Positions 51,210 through 63,625 of a stretch of 64,000 nt of DNA are shown piece after piece. Origin of the DNA: Negaprion brevirostris. Taxonomy: Eukaryota. A program made the position numbers and the translations under genes. The notes under the pieces were generated by a model. The model ran no database searches, was not told the origin of the DNA, and worked only from the letters and a program-made list of their open reading frames with translations. Numbering within the stretch: the stretch's first letter is position 1; every line of letters begins with the position of its first letter. The stretch is from positions 36,925,403 through 36,989,402 of the forward strand of contig JARDVH010000106.1 in assembly GCA_030324005.1 (NCBI GenBank), read 5' to 3'.

Positions 51210-51510
51210 ATTTGATTTTTTTTGTTTGAGTTATTATTGTCACATGTATTAATGTACTGTGAAAAGTATTGTTTCTTGAGTGCTATACGGACAAAACATA
51301 CCTTTCATGGAGTACACAGGGACAAAGGAAAAGAGAGGATGCAGAATGTAGTGTTACAGTCATAGCTGGGGTATAGAGAAAGATAAACTTAATATAAGGT
51401 AGGTCCATTCAAAAGTCTGCTGGCAGCAGGGAAGAAACTGTTCTTGAGTCAGTTGGTACATGGCCTCAGATGTTTGTATCTTTTTCCCAACTGAAGAAGG
51501 TGGAAGAGAG
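51210..51510 (-). mobile_element. Rex1-type LINE 3' end
   Basis: ttattgtcacatgtatt..gtgaaaagtattgtttcttg is the reverse complement of the tail at 8200-8260. Confidence 0.75.
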
Positions 51511-51831
51511 ACTCAGAAGCTCAAAGCTGCCTCCTATGCAGAACTGAGGGCCAGAAACAGCAGCAGAATTGTATTTGATCANNNNNNNNNNNNNNNNNNN
51601 NNNNNNNNNNNNNNNNNNNNNNNNNNNNNNNNNNNNNNNNNNNNNNNNNNNNNNNNNNNNNNNNNNNNNNNNNNNNNNNNNNNNNNNNNNNNNNNNNNNN
51701 NNNNNNNNNNNNNNNNNNNNNNNNNNNNNNNNNNNNNNNNNNNNNNNNNNNNNNNNNNNNNNNNNNNNNNNNNNNNNNNNNNNNNNNNNNNNNNNNNNNN
51801 NNNNNNNNNNNNNNNNNNNNNNNNNNNNNNN

Positions 51832-51909
51832 CCTGTTAGACTTTAACCTGGTGTTGTGAGACTTCTTACTGTGTTTACCCCAGTCCAACGCCGGCATCTC
51901 CACATCATG
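51832..51909 (+). mobile_element. Penelope-like element end
   Basis: cctgttagactttaacctggtgttgtgagacttcttactgtg..ccagtccaacgccggcatctccacatcatg is a common shark repeat; family assignment from memory. Confidence 0.5.
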
Positions 51910-51999
51910 GTTCAAGAGGCAACTCATCACCACTTTCTGAAGGGCAACTAGGGATGGTCTTATAGGTTCACGCACAGACATTTTTACTTCCACCAGAGT

Positions 52000-52140
52000 A
52001 GGCAGATAGGGCTTCAATTAAATGTCTCATCTGAAAGGTGGCACTTCCAACAGCACAGTGCTTTCCCAGTACTGTACTGGGGTGTCACTTGAGGCCAGAA
52101 CCTTTAGTGAGTGGGCTATCAACTGAAACAGAGCTGATAC
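52000..52140 (-). mobile_element. DeuSINE-like (SacSINE1-type) fragment
   Basis: aatgtctcatctgaaaggtggcacttccaacagcacagtgctttcccagtactgtactgg; homologous to 56195-56405. Confidence 0.6.
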
Positions 52141-53215
52141 TGCAAAAAAAGGTACCTGGAAAAGGGTAGGGAGACAGTATGATGTAATGAGCAAATTCCA
52201 CTCTTACAGCCATGGTGTTGAAGTCACTGCCACCAATGGTGGAGCAACTAAAACCGGAGGATCCTATAACGCCAGAATGGGATGGAGTTACTGGTCAGAA
52301 AGTTGAGCTTGTTGTGGGAACCAAAGACTTTGAAATATGGTGCTGTTCTTTTACAGTTATTGAGTCAAAATCCTGTAACAACCCTTCTCCCCAACCTGCC
52401 CTGCTCCTGCGGGATACTTATACAATGCAGACAGCAGTGGCTCAAGAAGGCGCGTCACCAAAGCTCTCTGAAGAGCAATTAGGGATGGGCAATAAATGCT
52501 GATGTCATCAACAACACCCATATCCTGTGAAGGAATTTAAAAACCCTCAATTTTCTGCAGATTAATCGGCTAAGTCTCTGCTCACAAGCATAGAGTGATC
52601 TACTGGAATTTCTGTACTTATTTCAGCTCAGCGATGTCCCTATTCAGCAATCCTGCTGCAATTCACTAAGACTCTCAGTTAGATTAAATTAATGGAGTTC
52701 TGGCAACTGGAGGATATGGAAAATCTGCTTTTGTGGGGCTGATTGAATGTTAGAAAGGGGAATCCTGCTGCCCTATCGCCCGCTTCCAATTTTCCATGTG
52801 CTGTCCTTTGACTCATAAGTACTTGTTGCGTCCATTGTCAATATTTGAAACCTGCCATGGAAAATATTTAGCATGTGATTAAAACTCATTCTGATAGCTT
52901 CAAACTAAAGAAAATTAAGTAAATTGAGTCAATTTGGGGAGGAAGCATAGTTGTTTTCAAAAGGAAGCATGATTCAGAGTCCATTACATTTTTTGCTTGT
53001 GAATCAGAACTCTTGAGGAAGTCGGTTAAGTGCCTTGTAATATTTCAGTAAGAGTTATTGGTAGTAGCTTCTTCTGAAGTAAGTTGCTTCCAAGCTGAAT
53101 AATTAATAAGGGCAGGCTTGGCAATTTGTTCTTGGTAACAGTCGGCACTGTCAGATTTCTGAGTGTATGGAATGAAACCTTAGGAACACGGTGAGACATA
53201 GTNNNNNNNNNNNNN

Positions 53216-53497
53216 CTCACAGCGCTGGGGAAACAGGTTCAAATCCCAGCTTGGGTCACTGTCTGTGTGAAGTCTGCACATTCTCCCTGAATCTGTGTGG
53301 ATTTCCTCCAGGCTCTCTGGTTTCCTCCCACAGTCCAAAGATGTGCGGGTTAGGTGGATTGGCCATGTTAAATTCTCCCTCCGTGTCAGAGGGACTAGCC
53401 AGGGATAGGGTTATGGGGATAAGGCCTGGGTGGAATTGTGATGGGTGCAGACTTTGTGGGCTGAATGATATCCTTCGGGACTGTAGGATTGTATGAT
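53216..53497 (+). mobile_element. HE1-type SINE
   Basis: B box ggttcaaatccc, core cctcccacagtccaaagatgtgcgggttaggtggattggccatg, HER1 tail. Confidence 0.92.
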
Positions 53498-55062
53498 ATG
53501 ATATGAAAACTGTAATGAAACACCCACAGGCTTGGTAGATGTGAAGATGTAAACCTACAGCCTTTCCATAGAGTCCTACTCTATCTCCAGAGGGAATGTC
53601 AGTAGGAACAGAAACTGAGAGGAAAGCTATGTTTTCCAAATTCTAGCTAACATACATCATACATGTAAGCACAAGTTTGACTCAACTGGATACATCCAGG
53701 GATGTCAGTCATTGATCTGTACCATTAAACTGCACTGTTAGAAGCCTTTCAAAATCCAATTGGCATTGGCATTCCACAGGTTTTTCAGGCCCAAATTTCT
53801 CACCTCTTGGAGAGGTAAGTCAAGCAGGGATTAGTTCTTGCAGCTTCTTGCCTTTCCTGATGGAACTTCTGGCAGCAATAATCTTGGGTGCATAACATCC
53901 ATCCAAATACAGGTGTACATTCATGCTCCAACAATCTAGGGTATCTGCATGTCCCTGTCATTTAGCATTGCAATTGGATTCAGTTTTAAATGGCCTGTTT
54001 TCCTGATGTGCATTAGGGAAATTGGCATGTTTCAATCTGGGCCGGTTGTTAAACGTTTTTAAGATTGTCAATTGAGACTTTGGCTCAAATTATGCTGTCG
54101 ATTCCCCTTATTGATGTGCACTGACACCAAAAATGTCCATCTGAGATATTGAAATGCTTCTGACCCCCAGGCGGAGGTCAAGGACAGATTTCGGGAATGA
54201 GCCATAAGTTCAGCTTCACTGAGATTTTAGATTGCAACTCACAAAATTACCTTGGTGCTGTTGTTGCTAGGTGATACACAGAGGGGAAAAAAAGCAGACA
54301 TTTACAATATCAGCCAGAATGGATACATTTTTTATACCAATGAAATACATATACGCAATGTCTATACATTCACATCCCTACAGGCTCATAATATCAAAAA
54401 GCTGATTCTATGACAGACAATTCATCTGATTCCTATATTGACATAATTCCAGCTGATGTATTCTGACGCAGAGTGGGAATTGTGCAAAATTACATTTTCT
54501 TTGTGAAAATGATTTTGCTGAACGAAGTCTGAAAACTATATAAAGCAGCAATAAAATCAAACCATTATAAAACTGGCTGTTCTCATGACCACTCAGCTAC
54601 ACGATCTAACTCACTTCCTGACTATTACCTGAGAATTTGGGCTCCTCTGAAGTCTTGGCCTTGTGAAATCTTGTGATGGGTTTTGTCAGATATCAACAAA
54701 GCTGAAACTCTCATCCAGCAGCATTTATCCAGGAAATGCAACAGACATCAGTTTGCTTTGCTCCTTTCCACTTTTAAACCAAAAGAACTACTGTTGTGAT
54801 CAAAGCATATTAAAAATTTACAATATGTACATATTTTTAATCACCTCAGTTACCGGAAAGGAGGATATTAAGTTCCATATAGCGATCATCTGTAAATGAA
54901 GTAGGACCTTTCACTGAGTACTTACTGGTAAGCACTCAAAAGGGATGTTTTTCCGAAGGGTTATATTGAGGCCACCTGTTAAGATACCTCCACCGATAGT
55001 GAGAGAAACATTCCAGCCAATATCGTGTACAATTCCTTTGAGGTCTCTGGAACCGTCACAGA

Positions 55063-56100
55063 GGCACAGATCACAGAATTGTTATGGTGNNNNNNNNNNT
55101 AACCCATCATGTCTGCATTGGCCTTCCAAACGAGCATCATGAATTAGTGCCAATCCCCTGCATTCTCCCTGTATCCCTGCGCATTGTTTCTTTTCAAATA
55201 ATCATCCAATGCCCTCTTGAATGCCTCAATTGAACCTGCCTCCAACACACTTCCAGGCAGTGCATTCCAGACCTGAACCACTCATTGTTTTTCCACCCCA
55301 CACTTCCTTCTTTTGCAAATCACTTTAAATCTGTATCCCCTCGCTCTCGATCCTTTCATGAGCAGGAACAATTTCTCTCCATCTACTCAGTCCAGATCCT
55401 TCATGGTTTTGAACATATCAATTGAATCTTCTCTTAGCCGTTTTTCTCTCCAAGGAGAATATTCTCAACCTCTCCAATTGATCCTCGTAACTGAAGTTTC
55501 TCACCCAGGAAACATTCTGATAAATCTCTGCTGCACTCTGTCAAATAAGTTCACATCCTTCCTATAGTATGGTGCCTAGAACTATACACAACATTCCAGC
55601 TGAGATCTAACTAGTGTCTGGTATCAGTTCAGTATAACCTCCTTGTTCTTGTACTCAATGCCTCTATCAATGAAGCCCAGAAAACTGTATGCTTTATTCA
55701 TTGCTCTCTCTCCACCTGATCTGCCACCTTCAATGATCTATGCACATATATACTCAGCTCTCCCCGTTCCTGCACCCCTTTAAGAATTTTTCCCCTTATT
55801 TTACATTGTCTCTTCGTGGTCTTCCTACCAAAATGCATCATCTCACACTTTTCTACAATGAACTTCATCTGCCCCCTATCTCCCTATTCAGCCAACTTGT
55901 CCATGTCCTTTGAAGTTCTACATTATCCTCTTCACAGTTTACAATACTTCCAAGTTTTGTGTCAGCTGCAACCTTTGAAATTGTCCCCTGCACACCAGGA
56001 TCTAGATCATTAATGTATCAGGAAAAGCAAAGGTCCCAACACCGACCCCTAAGAGACACCACTGTAAACCTTCCTCCAGCCTGAAAAATATCCATTTATT
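55063..56100 (-). mobile_element. HER1/CR1 LINE RT C-terminus plus 3' tail
   Basis: Minus strand encodes FNVEKCEMMHFGRK-like sequence and LECCV*F*APYYRKDV; tail atcacagaattgttatgg. Confidence 0.88.
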
Positions 56101-56194
56101 GCTACTATCAGATTCAGTGTTTCCCTAATGCTTTTGTGCACCCTTAGTTTGCATCTTTAAGCTTTCCATGAGGCAATGATGCTTCACTTAAGTA

Positions 56195-56405
56195 GATACT
56201 CTCTATTATGGGATGTTTTACATCCACCTTTAGGAGCAGACAAATCATTGGTTTAAAGTCTCATCTAAGGGATGGCACCTCCAAAAATGTATCACTCCCT
56301 CAGTATTGCACTGGAGTGTAAGAATTGTATTCAGTTCTCTGGAGTGGGGAACTTGAATCCACTTCTGATTTAGTGGAGAGTCATGATTCAACTAAGTCAT
56401 GGCTG
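56195..56405 (-). mobile_element. DeuSINE-like (SacSINE1-type) element
   Basis: Reverse complement reads cagccatgacttagttg..ttcaagttccccactccagag..cactccagtgcaatactgagggagtg..gaggtgcc..atgagac..taaaacatcccat. Confidence 0.65.
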
Positions 56406-56463
56406 TTCTCACAATCAGTTGTCCACAAATACATCAAACAAATAACCAACAAATAGTTTGCTT

Positions 56464-56640
56464 TAGAACCATAGAATCCTGACAGTGCAGAAAGAGACCA
56501 TTCAGCCCATCAAGTTGTACTAACTCTCCGAAAGAGCATCCCACTGCCCTATCTCTGTATCTCCACACATTTGCCATGGCTAATCCACCTAACCTACACA
56601 TCCACAAGGCAATTTAGCATGGCCAATCCACCTAACCTTT
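56464..56640 (-). mobile_element. HE1/HER1 3' portion
   Basis: catagaatcctgacagtgcagaaagagaccattcagcccatc..gccaatccacctaacc. Confidence 0.8.
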
Positions 56641-59600
56641 AGTTGCTATAGACTGGAAAAGCCTGTTAACTGTTCAGACATGCCCTGTCTCAAGGCATAG
56701 TTAAATAGATTCACATTGCCACACTTGAGACTTTTTAGATGCAACAAGAATGATTTGGTCTATAAATTTGAAGTTATATTATTGTAGCAGCTGAATAATT
56801 AATAGGAATGCTTACTATCCAGCCAGCTACCACAACTTATTTAAATCTCTTAACCATACCAATACAATTTTCTAATTAATGATAGATCACTTGATGCCTG
56901 CTCAGAAAGCATTATGACCCTCTGTATCTGTGGCCAATAATTCCATTTTAGATTTCAATGATCCATAGTGACCACTGATACTGTAAGGCTTAAGATGTCT
57001 CCTAATGATGATCCTAATAGGGCGAACCATTCATGCCTTGATGGATTTGGGATGGCTGTCATGGCTTTACAGTACTATTCAAATTGTTCATTTTATTCAA
57101 ATTAATCATTTGTTGCACATGACATTATTTTGAAATTAATGAGGATTTCTGATTGGAGAAGGGAGAAGGAGCCAGTAGAGTGAGCCCATGGCTAAAATTA
57201 CATCTTGAAGATAAAGAACTACAGAGAAGAACATTTTTCTAGCTGTCACACATCTGTAGGCACAGATGTTCCTGTTCACAAACGCTGCTGGCTCATCTTT
57301 TGAGGCTCAGTCAGCTACACGAATGAATTCTATTACACTCTTGACACAGGTGAAGCAGAATACTTGGTGCTTGTTCCCGAGTGTTCTCATTCTAGTGTTA
57401 GCACTATCGAGAAGGTAATGTATTCATTTGCCCTAGAAAGGGAGTCACTAGTTACCTGCTTGGTACTTCAGACCAGACATGTGAGTGATGTTAATAGCCT
57501 GGAAGGAGACTGTGGTGAAAAGTTATTCAAAGTGGTGACTTTGCCAACCAGTTATACAACTTGGTCTACTGGGTAGCAATTCCTGCTGCTACAGGCTGCA
57601 TAGTAACAACTTCAATATATATCAATCCTAATGTGGTAAAATGTCTCAAGAACTTCACAGGAGCTTTACTTAACAAAGAGAGACTGGTGGAAAGTTGATT
57701 ATCCACCTCATTCAATATATTTAATACAAAGACGTTGCATTATAACACAATGTACTGCAATAAATCCTAAGCTAAAGGTGACAGGAGTTGGGCTAATTCT
57801 TTGTTCACAATCCAGGATTGCTGCTACAAAAATTTACTAAGTAGAATAGGCAATGTGATGGTTTATTGAATCACTTTTATGGAACAAGAAATTTATCAGG
57901 ATTGGAACGAGTCCAAAACACACAAAGCAATGAAGGAAAAGCTGGGTCACTCGTATAGAAGGATCTATAGCTTTAAGAATTTGCAATGCAGGTACAAGAA
58001 CATTTAGAAAGCACGGATTTTTGCACATCACTAACAGCAAACTCCTCTTGTGAATTTACATTGGAAGGAGGATGGAGCCTCACCCACCCACTTGAGGTTT
58101 TGTTGGAATGCACTAAAGTATGCAACTCATCATGTGTCACACCTCTATAAATATCACTTAAGGTGTGGATCCAGCCTGAGGGAAGCTGGATGAATCAGTT
58201 CATTTGGCATTGTTGAAATATGGCTTGTGGGTAAACATACTGTGTACTGTGTTATTAAGCCATACAGTGCAGGAAAGTCCAAGCCAAACTCAGGCAGGAT
58301 GGCTGCAGGGGCGCTATGATTGATCTCAGCATTTCTCAGCCAAATAGGAGAAAAATCTGCTGTCATTTCACCTCTTCTTCACAATCCAACAATCCTGTCA
58401 GAAAGTAAGGGCAGGTTCAGGTTTGGTTGTGATGCTTCCACAGTCAAATAACCCTCTGATATTGTGTAGTTTGAAGATGGGACAAAATACTGAGGGATGA
58501 CGAGGAACCACACCTCAGGACAGGAGTGAAGGAAAGGTGACAAGGGAAATGCCCAAATGCACAATTGGTTGGAAGCAGGAGTCATCCTTCCTTCAACATT
58601 CCTCTAACATTCATACATCTTCCCCAAAACCAGTGTGAGAGGGAAAGACAGCAGCTTTGCCAATAGGAATGGACAGAAAGTCGAAGAACAAGCTGCTTTT
58701 ATGCAACGTGTACCTAAATGTGAGACATGTCCTGACCACATCATCAACGCAGCCCTGAGACCACGATAAGGAGCTGTATTCACTACAATCAAACATCCTC
58801 TTGTTTCTTGGATATAATCCCCTCTTTCACCATTTTAGGTACTCAATGGAGCAGAGAAACTGGACAAAATTGCCCCAAGCGGTTTAAGGGTCGTGTGACA
58901 GGATGGGGCAGAACCGAAGCCTGGTAGGGAGACTAGTGTTCTGCTACCCCGACTCCTGGACCTTTTTGACAGCCATTTGATACATCATTCTGTAGTTTGA
59001 TTGCTAATTGTGTGTAATGTATGTAGGCTGTAAAATTGAATCCATTACATGAATCGTTTTCAGAAATAGAACAAGCATCATATCCGATATTATGACATTC
59101 TTAAGCAACATATATTTTATAGTTTCGTGTCATTTTGATAATTGTAAAGCACATTTCTTTTCTGATTATGCAGTTTTTTTTTAATCCTTTTTTTTAACTC
59201 TGGCAAAGTGGATAAAAAAATTGCTATGAAACTGAACAGTTACCAGGCATGGGTAACTATGGTTACAGCAGCATTCAATGGTACTTAGCATTAGGGAAGA
59301 GTTTGAACTTTTTTGAACTCCTGTGCCTCATGACAAAGCTGATCGGATGGAGCTGTACATTGAATAAGTTCCATGGCATCCATCTTGTTGGGCTCCTTGG
59401 CAAGGTGGCCAACCCCAACAGCCTCAGTAATGTATTCAAATCAAAGACCTATTACACTAAATCAGATTGCTAGGTCACTTCTGTCTTAAAGTGTGGAAGT
59501 GGTACACAGTGCTAGAGCTACCCAGCAGGACTGCAACTAGAGTTTGGAAGCAGAAGTTAAAGGGACATGAAGCAGCAAGTCAGAGTTTAGATGTGGAAGA

Positions 59601-60193
59601 AAAGCAACAACACTTTCAAAAAACTTGAGAGCTTCAGTTAAAGTTCAGAGAAGACCACAGATGTGGAGGTCTGCTCACTGGCGTCTTCTCCCCATCCCTA
59701 GATTCCTAAACTCAGAAAGACTTATTCTCGGTCTATGTATAAGGAGGATGTTCATCTCCAGAGAGCAGGCGTGGAGTTTTAGGTGGAAAAGTTATTTCCC
59801 CCATTGCCTGCCTCTTTTCTCAATGGCAGGTTTCCCATCCCAAAGTCACCTTGATTAATGCTGGGTGGAAGATTCTTGGGCAGGAAGGTTCAATCCTCCC
59901 CCTTCACCCAATCAAGGATTAGGGTATTTCAATTGTGAGTATTTGTATGGTGGGAGTTTGGGCTGTTAAGTTCTCCTAAGCCACAAATAGAGCTTCATTA
60001 AAAAGCTACATTCGCCTTGCTAGGGAACTTATTATCCACTGTCAAAGCAGATTAAATCTAAAGCTGCCATCCTGCCCCCAGAGAACAGGCTACTCTTGTC
60101 TCTTAACCTGTCTCCCTTAAACCCAGAACTGGGTGCTGTGGCAGAGGAGCTGGGATCATATTTGAGCTTTTTTTAGATTTTAATCTCTGATCT

Positions 60194-60640
60194 GGCTGTG
60201 ACTGACTGCAGCCTGTATTCATCAGGGCACCTCTCAATGAACCAATCACCTCAATGTTCAGAGAAGACTCTTGCTCTGCTAATGTTGACTTTCAGCAAAT
60301 CATGCAGATGTTGAATCCTGTTTTCTGACAGTTGTATTAATACCAGAGCTTGATACTGGAGCAGATCACCATCCTCCCATCCTGTCACCCAAGGCAGGAA
60401 GTCAGAGGTTGGTTGCTTGAGGACAAAAGCAATTGGCTCATGGCACCTCGATGAAAGCTGGGTGAATAGTCATAGCATCTGAGCCATGGGAGCCAACAAT
60501 GAGAAACAATGAACTGTTGCCTGGCAGCTGGATGGGGGCTTTCTACAATACAGGCAACAGAGATGGCCCTCAAAGTGTGGCCATGTGCTGCATTCAATTG
60601 GACTGTGCAAAACAGGCTGCGCATCAAAAATGCCTTCCTC
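60194..60640 (+). pseudogene. PIF/Harbinger DDE transposase relic
   Basis: Frame-shifted translation AVTDCS / VFIRAPLNEP..SANVD..QIMQM..ILEQ..RGWLLEDKSNWLMAP..CCL / GFLQY / VAMCCI follows the Harbinger motif order IDCTH.IRAP, SLNVQ, GWLLGD.GY..WLMTP, GG.LQY, CC.LHN. Confidence 0.7.
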
Positions 60641-60869
60641 TATTTCATGAGGAAATTTCTGACAGCAGCGGGAATGGAGCTGAAGCTAGTAAGAGACTGC
60701 ATCTATCTGCGGTGAGAGCTCCTTAGCAAGAATTCATTAACCAATTCTTCAGCTGATCTTACCAGCCTTGGAACAATTCTTCTACCTTCTGATAAAGTGT
60801 TTCCAGCACTGATATACATGACAGTTGAAATTGCAGACTAATGGATCTACAGAATTGCACAGCTGATAA

Positions 60870-60943
60870 AGTATGTCTGTATAACATGCAAGAAACAATA
60901 CTTTTCACTACATACTAATATATGCGGCAATAATAAATCAAAT
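60870..60943 (+). mobile_element. Rex1-type 3' tail
   Basis: gcaagaaacaatacttttcactacatactaatatatgcggcaataataaatcaa. Confidence 0.65.
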
Positions 60944-61344
60944 AAAGTACATTCTATAACAGTAAGATAGTTCAATGGTTTACCTGATGCCATCAAGCAA
61001 TATTTTCAAGCGTGTTATTCTCATACTCTTTTTTTGATTATTCTTGTGCTCTTATGATTTGCCCCTCCAATGGCCTCCATCTGGCTGGTAGAAAGCTGCT
61101 GATGCTCAGATGAGAATGCTGTGGGTAGTTTTGGTCAGTGAGTCCGAGAGCTCAGGTCTGAGACAAGTTCACTGTACATTGCAGCATCTCAACAGCTGTC
61201 ATGACATCGTGAAAGCTATTGGTTCAGAGATGGTGAGAGAGCAGACAGAGAGAGTGCAACATGTCCCATTCTCATGGGACTGTGGCCCAACACTTCCACT
61301 AATCAATGACCAATCTATAACTGAAGTCACCATATATGGATTGT

Positions 61345-61465
61345 TTTGATTCTTTCACAGGATGTGGGCATTACTGGCTAGGCCTGCATTTATTGCCCAC
61401 CTCTAATTGCCCTTGAGAAAGTGGTGATGAGCTGCCTTCTTGAACCACTGTAGTCCATGTGGTGT
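61345..61465 (-). mobile_element. Family B 3' tail
   Basis: ggatgtgggc..gcatttattgcccacctctaattgcccttgagaaagtggtgatgagctgccttcttgaacc. Confidence 0.8.
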
Positions 61466-62624
61466 GGAACTCCAGACCTGCCGGATATTCCATGCTATGA
61501 TACAATGGGCTACTTGTCACCCCGGAAACATGGGCAACTCAATGAAATTTAATAGCGGCCCAGCCATTAAAATATCTTAGGCCTCAGACAGAAGACATTG
61601 AGTAGCAGCAAGGCCCTGCCAATCACTTGCCCAAAATTTCACTGGTGAAAACCCACCCACATCTCTCACATATTAACCTATTTGATTTGATTCATTGGAT
61701 TGGCCCATTGTACGGTGTTTCCTTTTGTCATATACATTTCAATCAAGCTGATTTGATTTCATTTGATTCATAAAAACAAGCATTAAAAGGAAAAAGGGAT
61801 GGTAAAAGTAGGGATGGTAGTTCCATGTTTTGTGATAATTGAACTTCTCAAAATTTAACACTGATGTTAGCCTTGAATATGCATATCACGTTAGCTTGCT
61901 TTAAAGGGAAGTTCATCTAAACAGGACTGGCAACTAAAAAAGGCATCTGGGAACTCCTGCCTGCGCACAATTGAATGAGATGATAAGTATGAAGTATGAT
62001 AAACTCAAATGGTATGCAATGATAAATCACAAATACCTCTGCGAGAGATAATAACATTCTTTATTCTTAATGTTAGATACTTTAATGTGTTTATCTATCA
62101 CTCGTAAACTCAAGTGCGTGTCATTTTTTGGCTAATATAATTAATATCAGAATAAATGTAAAACCCTTTTGGAACCATTGTTCAAGATTAATTTCCTGGT
62201 GGAATATAGGGAACTCCTTTGGAAATGAATTAAAAATTTATTTGAGTGTGATATATAGCTACTCTGGATGAATGTAGAAAAATTCAGCCAACTTTCTTCC
62301 TCCCCTCATCCACCCAGCTTAAGCTAAGCAGCACAGACTCCATTAATACCAATTCTCAGCCTCCGTCCTTTCTCTGTGTCCCGAATGCCTGGGAACTGGT
62401 GCACATGGAGTTATGGAGACAGGAAAATTGGCCCCTCCGGGTCAGATTCATCTGGTCCCTTTACAAAAAAGAGTGACCTGCGTGTGGAAGAAAAGACTAT
62501 CTGGTTATTTGAGTACAATAGAGCTAATCTCAAGAAAATCAATGAGGAAGTTTAAGTCCAAAGTTCAGTTTCACACCCTCTACATGCAAATATTTTGCTC
62601 CACTAGGTTAATGGCTCTTTTTAA

Positions 62625-62760
62625 TTATTTTTTTCATGGGATGTGGGCGTTGCTGGCAAAGCCAGCATTTGTTGTCCATCTCTAATTGTCCTTGAGAGAC
62701 GGTGGTGAGCCACCTTATTGACCTGCTGCAGTCTCTGTGATGTGCTGTTAGGAAAGAAGA
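62625..62760 (-). mobile_element. Family B 3' tail
   Basis: catgggatgtgggcgttgctggc..gcatttgttgtccatctctaattgtccttgaga. Confidence 0.8.
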
Positions 62761-62911
62761 TCCAGTAGTATAAGGATATTTGGCTCAGCAGAGGTTAACA
62801 TGGACCTGGAGAAACAGTACCACTCACATTATGATGTAGAGAGTCATATGATAGTGGAATGAGCACAGTACTAGTCCAAAAGGAGCCAACACAAGGACAG
62901 TGCTTCATATC

Positions 62912-63190
62912 TGGTGGCACAGTGGTTAGCATTGCTCCCTCACAGCACCAGGGGCCTGGGTTCAATTCCCACATTCTGCACATTCTCCCCATGTCTGCAT
63001 GGGTTTCCTCTGAGTGCTCTAGTTTCCTCCCACAGTCCAAAAGGCACACTGGTTAGGTGCATTGACCATGCTAAATTCTCCCTCAGTGTACCCAAACAGG
63101 CAGCAGAATGTGACTACTAGAGGATTTTCACAGTAACTTCATTGCAGTGTTAATGTAAGCCTACTTGTGACACCAATAAATAAACTTAAA
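62912..63190 (+). mobile_element. HE1-headed SINE with an alternative 3' tail
   Basis: Same structure as 35575-35838; tail ggattttcacagtaacttcattgcagtgttaatgtaagcctacttgtgacaccaataaataaac. Confidence 0.88.
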
Positions 63191-63499
63191 AAAACTTTAG
63201 AAAGGGCTCTACGTTGGAGACGTACATAGTTATGTGATAACTATAAACAGTTCATGTTCAGTCACACAAGGATCCAAACCTCTCAGTGAGACAATAAGCA
63301 ACCTTACAACAGATCCCCCATGTGCGCGCATGGCTTACTTCCAATCGAAAGCCGCACACACAGTTGAAATGGGTTTGTTTGATAACAGCCTTTGGCCATG
63401 CTAAATTCTCCCTCAGTGTACCCTTAGTGCAAACACAAAGGAAATGTTTGCTCAAAACGACATCTTCTTAGGTGGAATTCACTGACTGGACTTTGTACA

Positions 63500-63625
63500 A
63501 CCTGAAATAATTAGCAGGTCTGGAAGCATCTGTGGAGAGAGAAACATGATGAATGCTTAAAGACTGAGAGTGGAAGTATTTTTCATATTTATTCAAAATT
63601 TCCAGCATCAACAGAACTTTGCTTT
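63500..63625. mobile_element. Penelope-derived short element, two opposed halves
   Basis: agcaggtctggaagcatctgtggagagagaaac followed by atttccagcatcaacagaactttgcttt; both relate to 40520-40660 in opposite orientations. Confidence 0.45.

Noticed and set aside
58480-58780. GDKGNAQMHNWL and downstream peptide resembling Harbinger
   Set aside because: Similarity is weak and partly overlaps another repeat.
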